DNA from: Octopus vulgaris
Taxonomy: Eukaryota
Length of the DNA: 64,000 bases
Direction: 5' to 3'
NCBI GenBank assembly: GCA_951406725.2
Contig: OX597817.1
Coordinates: 157,666,001-157,730,000 of the forward strand
The notes beneath the pieces are model-generated. The model was not told where the DNA came from, searched no databases, and worked only from the letters and a program-made list of their open reading frames with translations. Made by a program: the position numbers and the translations under genes. Shown here piece after piece: positions 25,851 to 38,831 of this stretch. Each line of letters begins with the position of its first letter. The stretch's first letter is position 1.

Positions 25851-27562
25851 ATATACACGCAGGGGAAGCCAGTCATCATCTAGGATAATATTATCAAATG
25901 GGTGTTGTTATCAATACTAGTGGATCCAAAAAAGGTGGGGAGCTGGCAGAATCGTTAGCATCCTTAGTAACATTTTGTCCACCTTATTGTTCTGATTTCA
26001 AATTTCACTGAAGTTGACATTACTTTTCATCATTTCAAGGTCAATTAAATAATTACCAGTTGCATACTGGGGTTGATGCAATTGATTTACTCCTCCCCAC
26101 AGATTGCCTTTCACCCTTTTGGGGTCGAAAAATTAAGTACCAGTTGCGTACTGAGGTCAATCTAATCAATTGGCCCCCTTCCCAAAAATTTTGGGCCTTG
26201 TGACTAGAGTAGAAAAGAATATATAAAATCCTTAGATTTTATTATGTGTTTCCCAATTTTCACAAACACCTATATTCATTTACATTTAATGTAAAATCTG
26301 TCTTCTCTCCTCTGTATATTATAAATAAATAATTATACCACCTGTTGAAGATTGGGATATTTCTGGAACAAGGAAATTCTCTACTCAAGTTTTAGGTTAT
26401 TTCTAGGGAAATAAAGTACCAATTTATCCAAAAGAAAGAAAAAAAAACCTTTTCCCCCCACCTCTTAATACTAGAGAAAAGGAAACTGAATTTCTATTTA
26501 CGTGATGCTAACCAAAAATAAAACTTCACATTTGTTCTCATCAAACTCTGGGTAAAATTTAACTTGTTAATATTTCTCTTGACATCTCCCAAGAAGTCTT
26601 TACACCTGTCCATTGACATTATAGAAAAGGACAGCTTGACAAACACTTCCCTGCCTCAAACCACCCTTTCTTAATAATCCTTTCTAATTTTGGCACAACA
26701 TAAGCAGTTTTAAGGGGAGATCGATAGTCAATTACATTGATTGCAGTGTTTAACTGATACATTAATTTATCAAACCCCAAAAGGATCAAAGGTAAAATCA
26801 GCGGAGATTGAACAAAGAAATACCACTAAGAATTTTTTTCCAACATGCTAAACGAGTCGACCAGCTCGCTACCTTCCCTTTCTTAATAATGGAAAAACCC
26901 AGAACCAACTACTACACCCATTAACCGGGAAACAAGAAAAGAGAAATAATAATGAACTAGATTATAGAAATAAGATCTTTGTCTTCCTTAGCTGAGAAAT
27001 TAAAGCTAGATTGATGGTAGGTGTTAAATGTATTTTGTAATGCATTCGCTTCATGTTTTAACTACTTAAGAATACCCAAAGTGGATCTGCAACTACTTTT
27101 TACAATTACATAGTTATGAGTTGAATAAGTCTTTCAGTTCTTTTAATGAATATCAATCAGTGGACCATGATAATGAAAATGAAACAGTGTCAATTGAGAA
27201 TGAAAAGAAGAGTGATGGCAAAAACCAAATGGTATAATGCTGCTTGTGTACTGTGCTTCTTTTTATCTTTTATTTCTTTCAGCATTGGACTGTGGCCATG
27301 CTGGAGTACTGCCTTGGAGGATTTCAGTCAAACGAATCAATACCAGTACTTGTTTATTTGAAATCTAGTATTTATTCTACTATTCTCTTTTGTTGAAATG
27401 CTATGTTATGGAGATGTAAACAAACCAACACCAGTTGTCAAATGATGTGCGGGGAACAAACAGACACAAAATTATATGTGTGTGTGTGTGTTAAAGGCAG
27501 TGCTCCATCATGGCCACAGTCAAATGACTGAAACAAGTAAAAGATTAAAGATTTTATATATA

Positions 27563-27940
27563 AGGTTCAAGAATGGCTGTGTGGTAAGTAGCTTGCTTAC
27601 CAACCACATGGTTCCGGATTCAGTCCCACTGCATGGCACCTAAGGCAAGTGTCCTCTACTATAAGCTTGTGAGTGGGTTTGGTAGACGGAAATTGAAAGA
27701 AGCCCATCGTATATATGTATATATATGTGTGTATATGTTTGTGTGTCTGTGTTTGTCCCCCCAACAAATCTTGACAAACGATGCTGGTGTGTTTACGTCC
27801 CCATAACTTAGCGGTTTGGCAAAAGAGACCAATAGAATAAGTACTAGGCTTACAAAAAATAAGTCCTGGGGTCGATTTGCTCGACCAAAGGCAGTGCTCC
27901 AGCATGGCCACAGTCAAATGATTGAAACAAGTAAAAGAGT
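27563..27940 (+). mobile_element. SINE family A
   Basis: Head, internal microsatellite, AAAAGAGT tail; lies in a cluster of nested family A copies (~27270-28930). Confidence 0.85.
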
Positions 27941-28319
27941 ATACACCCCCCCACACACACACACATATATATAGGCAAAAGCACAGGCGGGCTATGTGGT
28001 AAGAAGCTTGCTTCTCAACCACATGGTTCCCATTGGGTGGCACTTTGGGAAAGCGTCTTCTATTATAACCTGGAGGCAACTAAAACTTCATGAGTGGATT
28101 TGGTAGACAGAAACTGAAAGGAGCCTATTGCATATACATACATATATGTATGTGTGCGTGCGCGCATATGTTTGTTCCTTGCCTGCACTTGACAACTGGT
28201 GCTGGTGTGTTTACGTCCCCTGTAGCTTAGCAGCTTCAGCAAAAAAGACCAACAGACTAAGAACCAGGCTTAAAAAAGAATAAGTATTGGGGTTGATCTG
28301 TTTGACTAAAAAGATCTCC

Positions 28320-28703
28320 AGCTTGCTAACCAACCACATGGTTCCGGGTTCAGTCCCACTGCGTGGCACCTTGGGTAAGTGTCTTCTGCTATAGCCCCAG
28401 GCCGACCAAAGCTTTGTGAGTGGATTTAGTAGATGGAAACTGAAAGAAGCCTGTCGTATATATGTATATATATGTATGTATGTGTGTGTGTGTTTGTGTG
28501 TCTGTGTTTGTCCCCCTAGCATTGCCTGACAACCGATGCTGGTGTGTTTACGTCCCCGTCACTTAGCGGTTCGGCAAAAGAGACCGATAGAATAAGTACT
28601 GGGCTTACAAAGAATAAGTTCCAGGGTCGATTTGCTCAACTAAAGGCGGTGCTCCAGCATGGCCGCAGTCAAATGACTGAAACAAGTAAAAGAGTAAAAG
28701 AGT
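28320..28703 (+). mobile_element. SINE family A (5'-clipped) nested in an older A-like copy
   Basis: Family A body; host copy starts ~27985 and resumes ~28704. Confidence 0.85.
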
Positions 28704-31700
28704 AAGGCAGTGCCCCAGCATAGCCACAGTCTAATGATTGAAACGATTAAAAGATTAAATACACACAGCAGGCTTCAACACAATTTCCATCAATCAAATT
28801 CACTCATAAAGCATTGGTTGGCCTGGGGCCATAGTAGAAGACACTTGTCCAAGGTGCCATACAATAGGACTGAACTTGAAACCACATGATTGCAAAGTCA
28901 GCTTCTTAATCACACGATTGGACTGCACCTGAGAGAAATTTTATAAGATGGAACAATTCTGCTTTGAGGCTATGGGGGGAGGGTCTTCTCAATATTCCTA
29001 GAAATTGTGAGGAATTTTTTTTAAGAAAGTGGCTCATCAATTATTCATGGGCTTTCTTTGGCTTTTTGGGCACCAGACCAATGAACTAGTTGGCACCCAT
29101 TTCCAATTATAGGCCCTGCTTGTGTGGTGGTGTAAACTATAAGGTATAATGCAACTTGTATGATGATACATACTATAGAATCTTATTTACCACCATCACT
29201 ACTACTATTATTATACTATTATGATGAGTATTACAACTACTACTATCGCCACCATTATTTGATAACGTCATTTCTATGGGTTTTCAAATATAATGTAAGG
29301 GCAACTACAGATGCATAACTGATTTGGAGGTAGTGTTGTTGCTAAAGTTTAGTCCCTGGTCAGTCCTCAGCCAGCAGACGTGTTCAACTGCATTTCAGTT
29401 GTGACCATCCAAGCTTTTCATTTGAAGCATATGTCCTGGACAACATTATCCAATGGCTACAATCTAATGACATATTTTCCCATTGACTTTCTGTAATGTG
29501 TGACTCATTGCACATGGAATCAAAGGGAATATAAAATTTGCATTACAGACCTCCACATCAGATCAAAATTATCAGGAGTGCGGCACAACTGTAATGCAGG
29601 AGATGCCTGTATTATCCACTTTTAAACATTTTTTCATGGCTCAGTCAAACGAAAAAAAAGGTAACACCCAAAACCCTTTTGCATTTTACATATATTACAA
29701 AATTGTGCTTCAGAAAGGCATAAACATTATATCATCTTCTCACACCCTCCTTTATAAATAAACAGCCTCACCTTTTTAGTAAATCAATGTTTTGGAAAGG
29801 CGTAAACATCACATCCTCTTTTTCTACACTCCTTTATAAATATAGAGCTTTGTATTTTGTTAAGTCAATGTTAAATAAGTTAAATACTATCAGCTTATGA
29901 TCAGAAAATCAGGAAATATAGAATAAACATATCAATTATATTATCCAGTTCTCATTTTCAAATGAGATCAATAATTTGGATATGTGTTCCATTGATTTTC
30001 ACCCACTAGTGTTTCAAAGGTAGTGATGTGTGTGGTATTGTGACATATTGATTAGACGGTTGAGCTGAGAATGTTTTGCATATACCAATCAAACATGCAT
30101 CCAATCACACATTACCTATATATGTCCTCCATATCATACAAATATGTATAAATAGATATTTCTACACACTATACACAACATTATATGCACAACTAGGCAA
30201 ATGAATTTACACATTCTCTTGCCGTTGTATGAATGCATGTAATATAAAGCCACAACTCTTCTATATTTCTTTACTATTTCTAACTTCCTTTGTTATGTAT
30301 CAATAAATACATTACCCTTTGTCTCTCTTCCTCAGATACACATGCACAAAACCCTCTTTTTTTCTCCCTTTTTCCTTCCTTTCATACTTAAATGTATATG
30401 CAATTATTTAACTGCACGAGTCCAGCAGGATGAAAATAGAGTTTTATAAATGAAGTCTAGAACCTATCTGTGCTTCATTAGAGCATTCTGACATCATACA
30501 TTTTACTATTTTATTTCAGAGATGCATGAACATCACAACTCATATTTTTCTCCTTCCCTTAAACATCTTATACTTCATGACTACCAATAGATAATAAAAA
30601 AACTATTCCACTGAAAGTTTTACCCAAAAGCACTATTTTCTTTTCTTTTACACTTTAATACCGGAAAGGAAGCAGCAAGATTAACCTTTTCGGGCTGTCC
30701 CTATGGTTAGATCACTGCAGGAGATGATCAGATTAAATTTCTACTGGCTGAAGTCTACAATGAAAACAGGGGCAAGAAAGGAGTTTTAGCAGGACAATGG
30801 TTTTGCAAGAAGTATCTGGTGCAGGGTTTCAGAAAGACTGAGTTGAAGTGGTGATCTAGATTAAACCAGGTTTCTTTTTAAAAAAGTTTGTTAGATTAAT
30901 AGGCTAGGAAGCATAGCAGTATCAGGAGAAAGGCAAACGGGAGGATACAGTGCATCAGTATATAAATGGTTGTAGTATATTATTCAAAGAATGAATGGTT
31001 TGTTCCTAGATACACCTGAGTGTAGTAGTTGCAACATGTTGTGGTTGTGCTTTGAAAGTCACCAGTTGCTTAGAGCTGAAGTACTTTCTGATTCTGAAAA
31101 GAAAGCTTAATTAGTCTCTGAAGTGCAGTTTTAATTACACCATTGACATAGGAGGTTTGACTCTCATTCTATCACTCAAGGATTGACAAACAAGTGCAAT
31201 GTTAAGAATATTGCAATAGGGATCATCGAGTGAGATGTTTGAAATTTGATTCTGTAATCTAAACTTCACCTTTCATCTCTTCAATAATCTTGAACTCAAT
31301 AATTTGAGAGAAAGTAATAAGTCGATCAACTAAAATGGCAATGTGATGCTATGGTTCATTTTATCAAGTTCAAATTGTACTAGAACAGTGTTTGACATGA
31401 AGCTGCAAAAAGGTTAGCACTCTACTTTGGATGTGAAGTGTCTTGAACTTATTCCACAAAAAGCATGAAGGAAATTTAATTAGTGATGATGATGAGGGTA
31501 ATGATAACGAAGAGGATTTTTTTCCAATGGCATAAGAAAACAAATTTGTAAGAGTGAAATAGGATACTATCAATAGGATATACATTTGAATTTTCTGCAG
31601 CTACTCAGTTCTCTGTCATTCACTGCCTTTCATAATCATGATATATATACATGCGTGTGTGTGTGTGTGTGTGCGATTTGTATAGTTAACTAGAACATAA

Positions 31701-32010
31701 CCATGGTTTCATATAGAGCAGATTAAATAAGTGAAATACATATAATCCTCAGCAGACACTATCTCTACTCAAGATTATATTCTTTAAAAGTTATCTGCAT
31801 CAAAAGAACAGCTCAAGAGACTTTAGTATTGCATTCTTTTTTTTTTTTTTTTTTGGTTTGTAGGAAGAGGTTATACTCGTGATCTCTGCAGGTCTGCCAG
31901 GATCAATGCAGTTTGTAGTCTACTAGAAAAGTTGTAAGTTCACAGCTGTGGGGAAAACATAGGCAGGGAATAATTGAATAATTCCAAAGGATCTATCTCC
32001 TAGAATTTGA

Positions 32011-32062
<52 letters not shown>

Positions 32063-32277
32063 AAGTATGTGTGCTTGGGGGAACAGTATGGATGACAAGA
32101 GAAAGGCAGATGAGTAGGTTAGGAATATCTAAGAAGAGGTGCAATGAAACCAGCCAGTACCAAGGAATAGATGCCACTGTAGTAGCAGTAGAAAAGGCAG
32201 AAGTAGCATGTCTTGAAAGTTGTCCTGAAGAGACAGATTCAGAGGAAGAGTATGAAAATGAAATATGGTTTATTCAT

Positions 32278-32572
32278 GGAGGCATATGGCCTAGTGGTTG
32301 GAGCAGTGGACTCGTGGTCGAGAGATCATGGGTTTGAAACTCAGACCAGGCGATTTGTGTGTTTATGGGCAAAACACCTAAGCTCCACATGGCTCCGGCA
32401 GAAGGTAATAACAAACTTCTGCTGACTCTTTCGCCACAACTTTCTCTCACTCTTTCTTCCTGCATCTTGCAGCTCACCTGCGACGGACCGGCATCTCATC
32501 CAAGTGGGGAACCTATACACCAAGGAAACCGGCCCTTATGAGCCAAGCATGGCTCGAGAAGAAACAAACAAC
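32278..32572 (+). mobile_element. tRNA-derived SINE (head D, tail X)
   Basis: GGAGGCATATGGCCTAGTGGTTGG A-box, GGTTTGAAACTC B-box; head shared with 40901-41284; tail CTGCGACGGACCGGCATCTCATCCA shared with 55740-55991. Confidence 0.8.
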
Positions 32573-32871
32573 TGTTCCTTCTAAAGGATGAAACAACAAA
32601 CAATAAATATTCATTGCAATTGTTGTGATGGTGTTCTTGAGAAAAAGCACTTGACTCCACTTGTCTTCCTTTTTCTGTAGCTCAAAATGAAATAAGTTTC
32701 AATATATTAAAGAAGTGAAAGTTAATTTGCAATAGACTGACATCTAATCTAAAATGTGAAGCAGTTTTGTTGCATTTTTCTGGACTAGTATAGGGTCAAT
32801 GATTTATTTCAGAGCAATTACATTGCAGCTAGATGCTCTTCTCACTGTTATGAAGAAAGAGTGAAATATAT

Positions 32872-33111
32872 ATTTCTTTATTGCCCACAAGGGGCTAAAC
32901 ATAGAGGAAACAAAAACAGACAAAGGGATTAAGTCGATTACACCGGCCCCCAGTGTGTAACTGGTAACTTTATTTATCGACCCCGAAAGGATGAAAGGCA
33001 AAGTTGACCTTGGCGGAATTTGAACTCAGAACGTAATGGCAGATGAAATACAGCTACGCATTTCGCCCGGCGTAGCCGTATTTCGTCTGCCGTTACGTTC
33101 TGAGTTCAAAT
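32872..33111 (-). mobile_element. SINE family B with 5' fold-back inversion
   Basis: 18-bp TSD AGAAAGAGTGAAATATAT (32854-32871, 33112-33129); hairpin 33018-33111. Confidence 0.9.
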
Positions 33112-33689
33112 AGAAAGAGTGAAATATATTCTTTATTTTTGAGCAGTCAAAACAATTGACAGTAGTTAAGATTTGAACTTACCCTCATGAGGTCATAAAT
33201 TAGCCTAACAATGAAAAATAGAGACAAGCACCACACCTAAGTATGACGTTCTTTGACCTAGGAAAAGATTTATCTCTAATAGTAACCGTACAGAGTTTAC
33301 AAACAGAACAAGGTACTGGTAATCTTTTCTTTTAAAGCACCAATTCCGTGAGAAATGGACAGTTTTATAATCTTACAGTAAACTCAGGAAGATTATGTAA
33401 ATGAAAAAAAATAATAATATAAAAAAATGTAAAATAAAAAGTGGGGGTTAGGAGATTAGAGACAGTTGATAGAGTGAATGTAAAATCCAATAATATCAAT
33501 AAAGATTACCTTCTATACTTAATACCTCTAGTGGTGACATACAGACAATGACAGTACTTAATCTAAGCAATAATGCAGAATTGAATTAACATGTACTGAA
33601 TGATTAACAGTTTAGTTGCTCTATGTGATGAAGTATGTGCTGTGTGGCAATGGTTTTAGTTACAAGCATCAGTTAAAACATGAATCTTA

Positions 33690-33933
33690 CATCATCATCA
33701 TCGTTTAACGTCCGCTTTCCATGCTGGCATGGGTTGGACGGTTCAACTGGGGTCTGGGGAGCCCGAAGGCTGCACCAGGCCAGTCAGATCTGGCAGTGTT
33801 TCTACAGCTGGATGCCCTTCCTAACGCCAACCACTCCGAGAGTGTAGTGGGTGCTTTTTACGTGCCACGTGCACAGGTGCCAGACAGAGCTGGCACCTGC
33901 TCTGTCTGGCACCTGTGCAGGTGGCACGTAAAA
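33690..33933 (-). mobile_element. RTE 3' UTR fragment with 5' fold-back
   Basis: RTE tail; 35-bp inverted repeat at 33856-33933. Confidence 0.85.
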
Positions 33934-34463
33934 TAAATAAATAAATAAATGCATAAATAAATACATAAATAGATAAATAGAATCTAAATTGATTTTATCT
34001 TTATCCACCACCAAGGTTGGTAGAATAAATGAATACTAGTTATATACTAAAGTTGGTACATTGAAATGGTTGGTATCTCTCTTGTCGGTGTCTTCTTCGG
34101 AGAGAAATAACCATTTCTACTCTTATATGGCACAGCTACAGTGAAAAGTGACCTTGAAAGGGAATTAACAGATGTTGCCAAGAATATAGCACAAGAATCC
34201 ACAGTTTTAATCTAAGGCATTATTAACAAAAATAATAAATAAATTGGAATGATTTAATTATGCCAACTACAAATTTGTCATTTACAGCTAGTCAAAAGAA
34301 ATCCATTTTTAAAAAAATCAAACCAAGGTTTATTTTTGAGAAGTAATGAATAGGTTTACTCTAATGCCTTGATCCCCTCCAATGTTACTGGTACTGCTAA
34401 GTTTATTAGTGTAGAAAAATAAAGTATCAGCCCTATTTTATAGTTAAGTGAAAAGTTTCTAAT

Positions 34464-35146
34464 GGGTGTAGGAGTGGGTCTGTGGTAAGCAGCTTGCTTA
34501 TGAATCACGTGGTTCTGAGGTCAGTCCCACTGCATGGCACCTTGGGCAAGTGTCTTCTACTTTTGCCTCGGGCCAACCAAAGCCATTTAGTGGATTTGGT
34601 AGACGGAAACTGAGAGAAGCCCATCGTATATATGTATGTATATATATATATATATATATATGTATGGATGTATGTGTGTATATGTTTGTGTGTCTGTGTT
34701 TGTCCCCTCAACATTGCTTGACAACTGATGCTGGTGTGTTTATGTCCCTGTAACTTAGCGGTTTGGCAAAAGAGACCTATTTCTTTACTACCCACAAGGG
34801 GCTAAACACAGAGGGGACAAACAAGGACAGACAAACGAATCGAGTCGATTACATCGACCCCAGTGCGTAACTGGTACTTAATTTATTGACCCCGAAAGGA
34901 TGAAAGGCAAAGTCGACCTCGGCGGAATTTGAACTCAAGAATGTAACGGCAGACGAAATACGGTTACCCATTTCACCCGGCATGCTAACGTTTCTGCCAG
35001 CTCGCCGCCTTTGCCAAAAGAGACTGATAGAATAAGTACTAGGCTTGCAAAGAATAAGTCCCGGGGTTGAGTTGCTCGATTAAAGGTAGTGCTCCAGCAT
35101 GGCCACAGTCAAATGACTGAAACAAGTAAAAGAGTAAAAGAGAGTA
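34464..35146 (+). mobile_element. SINE family A with a nested minus-strand family B (34777-35011)
   Basis: Family A body split at a duplicated TTTG(G/C)CAAAAGAGAC. Confidence 0.9.
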
Positions 35147-35267
35147 AATATAACACCTTTTAAAAACCAAAGGTACCAAACCAGCCATTCTAACAGGTGT
35201 ACAGAATTGGAACAGCATATTTGATTAAAACATTAGATTACTGAATAGCACCCAAGAAAAATATGTC

Positions 35268-35621
35268 TGGGTTCAGTCCCACTGCGTGGCACCTTGGGTG
35301 AGTGTCTTCTACTATAGCCTCGGGCCAACCAAAGCCTTGTGAGTGGATTTGGTAGACGGAAACTGAAAAGAAGCCCATCGTATATATGTATATATATATC
35401 TATGCATGTGTGTGTTTGTGTTTGTCCCCCTCGCATTGCTTGACAACCGATGCTGGTGTGTTTATGTCCCCGTCACTTAGTGGTTCGGCAAAAAGAGACC
35501 GATAGAATAAGTACTGGGCTTACAAAAGAATAAGTCCTGGGGTCGAGTTGCTCGATTAAAGGTGGTGCTCCAGCATGGCCGCAGTCAAATGACTGAAACA
35601 AGTAAAAGAGTAAAAGAGTAT
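35268..35621 (+). mobile_element. SINE family A (5'-truncated)
   Basis: B-box region through AAAAGAGT tail. Confidence 0.85.
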
Positions 35622-35730
35622 GCCAAGCATAGGCATGGCTGTGTGGTTCAGAAGAATGCTTCCCAATCTTGTGATCTTGATTTCAATCTCACTGCATGAC
35701 ACTTTGGGCAAGTGTCTTCTACTTTAGCCC

Positions 35731-35960
35731 CAGGCGCAGGAGTGGCTGTGTGGTAAGTAGCTTGCTTACCAACCACATGGTTCCAGATTCAGTCTCATTG
35801 TGTGGTACCTTGGGCAAGTGCCTTCTACTATAACCTCAGGCCAACCAAAGCCTTGTGAGTGGATTTGGTAGATGGAAACTGAAAGAAACCTGCGATATAT
35901 GTGAATGTATGTATGTGTAGGTGGGTATGTATGTATTTGTGTTTGTTTGTGTGTACCCTT
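35731..35960 (+). mobile_element. SINE family A 5' half
   Basis: GGCGCAGGAGTGGCTGTGTGGTAAG head; another head fragment precedes it at ~35630-35730. Confidence 0.75.
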
Positions 35961-36321
35961 TTCTAGACACCATGTGATGGTTGTAAATGAGAACGACCTT
36001 CATTCAAGCAAGGTTGTTCGTTTCTAGTCTTCTCTGAAAAACATGTCTAGACATGGGGGAAGTACTACTAAGCTTAGAAGCAGACAAATGTTGGCAACAG
36101 GAAGAGCATCAAGCCATAGAAAACCTGTCTCAACAAATTTCATCTGACACGTGCAAGCATGAAAAAGTGAATGTTAAAGGATGATGATGAAGCCAGCATG
36201 AAATATGGTTAAAATAATATCACTAACTGTCTATCATGTTTTTCCATTTTGTATTCTGATATATTTTCCTATGATTTTTGTTTTTCTCTTTAAGATAAAT
36301 AAAAAATATATATATATATAT

Positions 36322-36627
36322 ACGGTTTAAGTAATTGAGATTCAAGTGAGTTCTAATGACTTCACATGAATATGGTCCTTAACTAGGATGCACCGGAAAT
36401 CTATATGGTGTTAACCATACAACAAAGTGGGGTGATTACAAATAGGAAAAAAGCAACAAGAATGGATCAATATATCGGTACAATTGTTTCGTACGAGGAC
36501 ATCTTTAATAAAGCTACAAAAATTGCAGTAAATATAGGTGGCTCGTACTCATCAGCTGAAAAAACATCAGAGATTCCCAAACATCAAAGGGAGTAATGTT
36601 ACACTTATGAAACATCATGGAAAATTC
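36322..36627 (-). mobile_element. ~305-bp retrozyme/Penelope-like element inserted in (TA)n
   Basis: Both ends abut TA tracts; central hammerhead 36475-36559. Confidence 0.65.
36475..36559 (-). ncRNA. Type I hammerhead ribozyme with enlarged loop II
   Basis: Minus strand TCAG-CTGATGA-GTACGAG-(44 nt)-CTCGTAC-GAA-ACAATTGT-A-CCGA: perfect 7-bp stem II, palindromic stem III ACAATTGT, GUA triplet; stem I has one A-C mismatch consistent with CpG decay of TCGG. Confidence 0.8.
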
Positions 36628-36638
36628 TATATATATCC

Positions 36639-36670
<32 letters not shown>

Positions 36671-36931
36671 TATATATATACTTGACTGTTTCACTTCAAT
36701 TTTTTATAGCAAGTAGGATGGGATGATTCTTGCAAGTTTGCCTAATTTTATATTGCTGAGGTATATAATTTCACAGCTGGATGCTCTTCCTATTATTAAG
36801 TACTCCACCTTGCAGTAAAAGACTATACCTTGTTGACAGCCAACTCTCATTGATGTAATATAATGCATATCTGTGCACAGGTGTGAATACATACACAAAC
36901 ATGCAATTATTACATCAATATGTTACATCAA

Positions 36932-36967
<36 letters not shown>

Positions 36968-36971
<4 letters not shown>

Positions 36972-37076
36972 CGTGACCAACCAAATTATCAGATGTTGCT
37001 ACACATCGCTGGTCACAATGCGCTTCGCATTGTTTTCGCCTTCAAATGATGCCACCCTGCTGGCTAAGCGAGCAGG

Positions 37077-37080
<4 letters not shown>
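36968..37080. repeat. ~112-bp structured interspersed repeat inside (TA)n
   Basis: Inverted copy at 63461-63571; both embedded in TA microsatellites. Confidence 0.85.
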
Positions 37081-37113
<33 letters not shown>

Positions 37114-38147
37114 AAGCAACATTGATAATATATAAGCAAGCGGCATCAATATATATCTATATCTATCAATACACATACATACACAAACAAGCAACTTATT
37201 GTATCAATAATACCTAGCTGTTTACAGTATCTAGACTTTAACTTCAAGGACTCGAGATTTTATTGACTCTAGTCAAAAATAATCACCAGTAGAGTGAGAA
37301 CATACATGCTGTATTCCCTATTAAAAGAAATTAATTTCTTGGAAGTTTCTCAATTTCTTTTTCTCTCTTTTCCACCTAAAAATTCATGTTACTAATTTAA
37401 TTAAAATGAACAGTAGAGCAGTAGATAACTGATAACTTCTACAACTGTTCATTGTGGGAATTAAGCAGTGAAAATTCTATTTGCAAAGAAGTGCTAACAG
37501 TCAAAAGTCTTTGACTAGTAGGAAGAAGATAAGGAGATAGCAAATACATCAAAGTGCTAATACACTAATCTGAGATTTTCCAAATATCATCAAGATAAGA
37601 AAAGTTAACTTATATCAGGTTTTTGACACTTAACTTGAATAAACAAGTGATGTGTGAGTCTAGATTCATCTTACACAATTTGATTTCTTTTTTTTTAAAT
37701 CAAGATTTCTAATTAAGATAGTGTTAAGTAGAGGTAGTTAGAAGAACTAAATGACTATTAAGACACATGGAAGGGAGGATGTTCTATTCATCAATCTAAC
37801 AGATTTTCTATGAAGAAAATAAGTGTTTTGATGATAATGAGTTATGATGATAATAATAACAATGATGACATAGGTGTAAGGCCAGGAATTTTATCAAACC
37901 CAGTATTTGAAAGATTAGCATTTTGTCGATCTTAGCAATATAAGAGACCAAGTCAATCTTCGTAGGATTTTAAAAACAATATAACGATTTCTCAAATAAA
38001 CAAAAAGCCAGAAATTTGCAGAGTAAAAATGGTCAATAGAATTGACTTTGATACAAGGCTGGCATGCATTTTATTAACTTGAAATGGACGACAGACAAAG
38101 ATGACAATCAAAATAGATGAACATCAATGGAATTTGTATCTTTGTGG

Positions 38148-38531
38148 TACCAGTGCCAGTGGCACATAAGAAAACCATCCGAACATGGCCGTAGCCAGTA
38201 CCACATCGACTGGCCTCCGTGCTGTGGGCACGTAACAAACACCATCCGATCGTGGCCGTTTGCCAGCCTCGTCTGGCACCTGTGTCGGTGGCACATAAAA
38301 AACACCATCCAAGCGTGGCCGTTCGCCAGCCTCGTCTGGCACCTGTGTCGGTGGCACATAAAATCACCCACTACACTCTCGGAGTGGTTGGCGTTAGCAA
38401 GGGCATCCAGCTGTAGAAACACTGCCAGATCTGACTGGCCTGGTGCAGCCTTCGGGCTCCCCAGTCCCCAGTTGAACCATCCAACCCATGCTAGCATGGA
38501 AAGCGGATGTTAAACGATGATGATGATGATG
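38148..38531 (+). mobile_element. RTE 3' UTR fragment with tandem units
   Basis: 3-4 array units plus (GAT)n tail. Confidence 0.85.
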
Positions 38532-38831
38532 TAAAAGAACAAAACTAAACACAGATATTTCATTCAGTACAGATTCTAATACTCCACTATTTCCAAAAAT
38601 AGCAACGATAATTTGATTTGTAACACAGTTACAAGACTAAAGCTTGAGAAGGGGAAGGATAGAGTTGATTAAATCAGCAATAATATTCAACTGGTAGTAA
38701 TTTTATAAAGCTCCAGAAGGATGAAAGACAAAATTGAACTCTGTCAATTTGAACTCAGAACATAAAGGAATATAAATATCATAAGACATTTTGTCTAATG
38801 CTCTACCGATTTTGCTGTCCACTGCACTATT

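Noticed and set aside
27139-27231. Plus-strand exon-like stretch (SFNEYQSVDHDNENETVSIENEKKSDGKNQM)
   Set aside because: Low complexity, weak donor, no partner exons or homology
32017-32337. 106-aa ORF with an acidic stretch
   Set aside because: Starts in (TG)n, crosses a probable antisense decayed LINE and ends in a SINE head
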